A stretch of 64,000 nucleotides of DNA, taken from the IMG/VR virus record IMGVR_UViG_2974655483_000001, positions 32,001 to 96,000 of that record; one strand, 5' to 3'. Shown piece after piece: positions 63,580 through 64,000 of the stretch (positions are counted from its first letter, which is position 1; each line of letters begins with the position of its first letter). The notes below the pieces were generated by a model. The model had not been told where the DNA came from. It saw only the letters and a program-made list of their open reading frames with translations, and ran no database searches. Origin of the DNA: a virus (lineage: Duplodnaviria; Caudoviricetes). A program made the translations under genes and the position numbers.

Positions 63580-64000
63580 TGTTAGGCACGTATTCATATA
63601 ACGAAATTTTTAGAAAAACTATTGTAGCGTTTGGAACGCTGTTCAATAACATCGAACTTCGTCGTTCGACTGAAGTGATGAAAGTGCCTCTGGCATATGG
63701 TCCGAAGCAGAAGTTTCTAGCGCGTCTTGATCAAAATCCAGACCCTACAAACAAGAGAGTTCAGATTACTCTTCCTAGAATCTCATTTGAGATTAATGGA
63801 ATCACATATGATTCTTCTAGGAAAGTTTCTCCCACACAAAAAATTAAATTTGCAAAAGATACTGACGAAAATAAGAACGTGTTTATGCCCGTTCCTTACA
63901 ATCTATCATTTGAGTTAGCAATTATCTCCAAAAATCAAGAGGATGGATTGCAGATTTTGGAGCAAATTTTACCATTCTTTCAACCTCATTATAATTTATC
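63579..64000 (+). CDS. gp15: Tail sheath stabiliser/terminator gp15 (truncated by window end)
   Basis: MLGTYSYNEIFRKTIVAFGTLFNNI...KVPLAYGPKQKFLARL...LPRISFE...PVPYNLSFEL...LQILEQILPFFQP. Confidence 0.93.
   Translation, partial: MLGTYSYNEIFRKTIVAFGTLFNNIELRRSTEVMKVPLAYGPKQKFLARLDQNPDPTNKRVQITLPRISFEINGITYDSSRKVSPTQKIKFAKDTDENKNVFMPVPYNLSFELAIISKNQEDGLQILEQILPFFQPHYNL

Noticed and set aside
1-64000. tRNA, rRNA, intron, intein or photosynthesis auxiliary genes
   Set aside because: No cloverleaf/T-loop signatures in the few intergenic gaps, no interrupted conserved genes, and no psbA/hli/pebS-type ORFs recognised in this window

Overview
A 64-kb segment of a T4-like myovirus genome, most consistent with a marine cyanophage (Kyanoviridae-type gene content and order). 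Every credible gene is on the + strand. (i) 1-4.7 kb: accessory enzymes, including a peptidase-U32-like/SAM-methyltransferase fusion and two 2OG-Fe(II) oxygenases. (ii) 3-14.4 kb: an early-gene island of small ORFs plus Dam methylase, a PD-(D/E)xK nuclease and an SF2 helicase, divided by 11 copies of a palindrome + sigma70-promoter cassette. (iii) 14.7-15.6 kb: a largely non-coding region with three perfect cyanobacterial-type DnaA boxes (TTTTCCACA), four TTGACA promoter hexamers and an apparent C-to-G skew switch, i.e. a candidate replication origin. (iv) 16.2-64 kb: the late virion module (PAAR-like spike tip, gp25, gp6, a 6376-aa gp7-like protein, a gp9/10-like protein, a YHYH-type protein, gp8, a VrlC/DUF4815-like protein, a tail fibre, gp13, gp14 and the start of gp15). 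The most striking observation is that the giant baseplate protein contains 3-4 tandem phycobiliprotein-like (globin-fold) domains retaining cysteines at positions equivalent to the bilin-attachment sites. Two neighbouring virion proteins also carry complete amicyanin-type blue-copper ligand sets. This suggests a possibly chromophorylated, light- or redox-responsive baseplate. All family assignments are by eye from remembered motifs; no searches were run.
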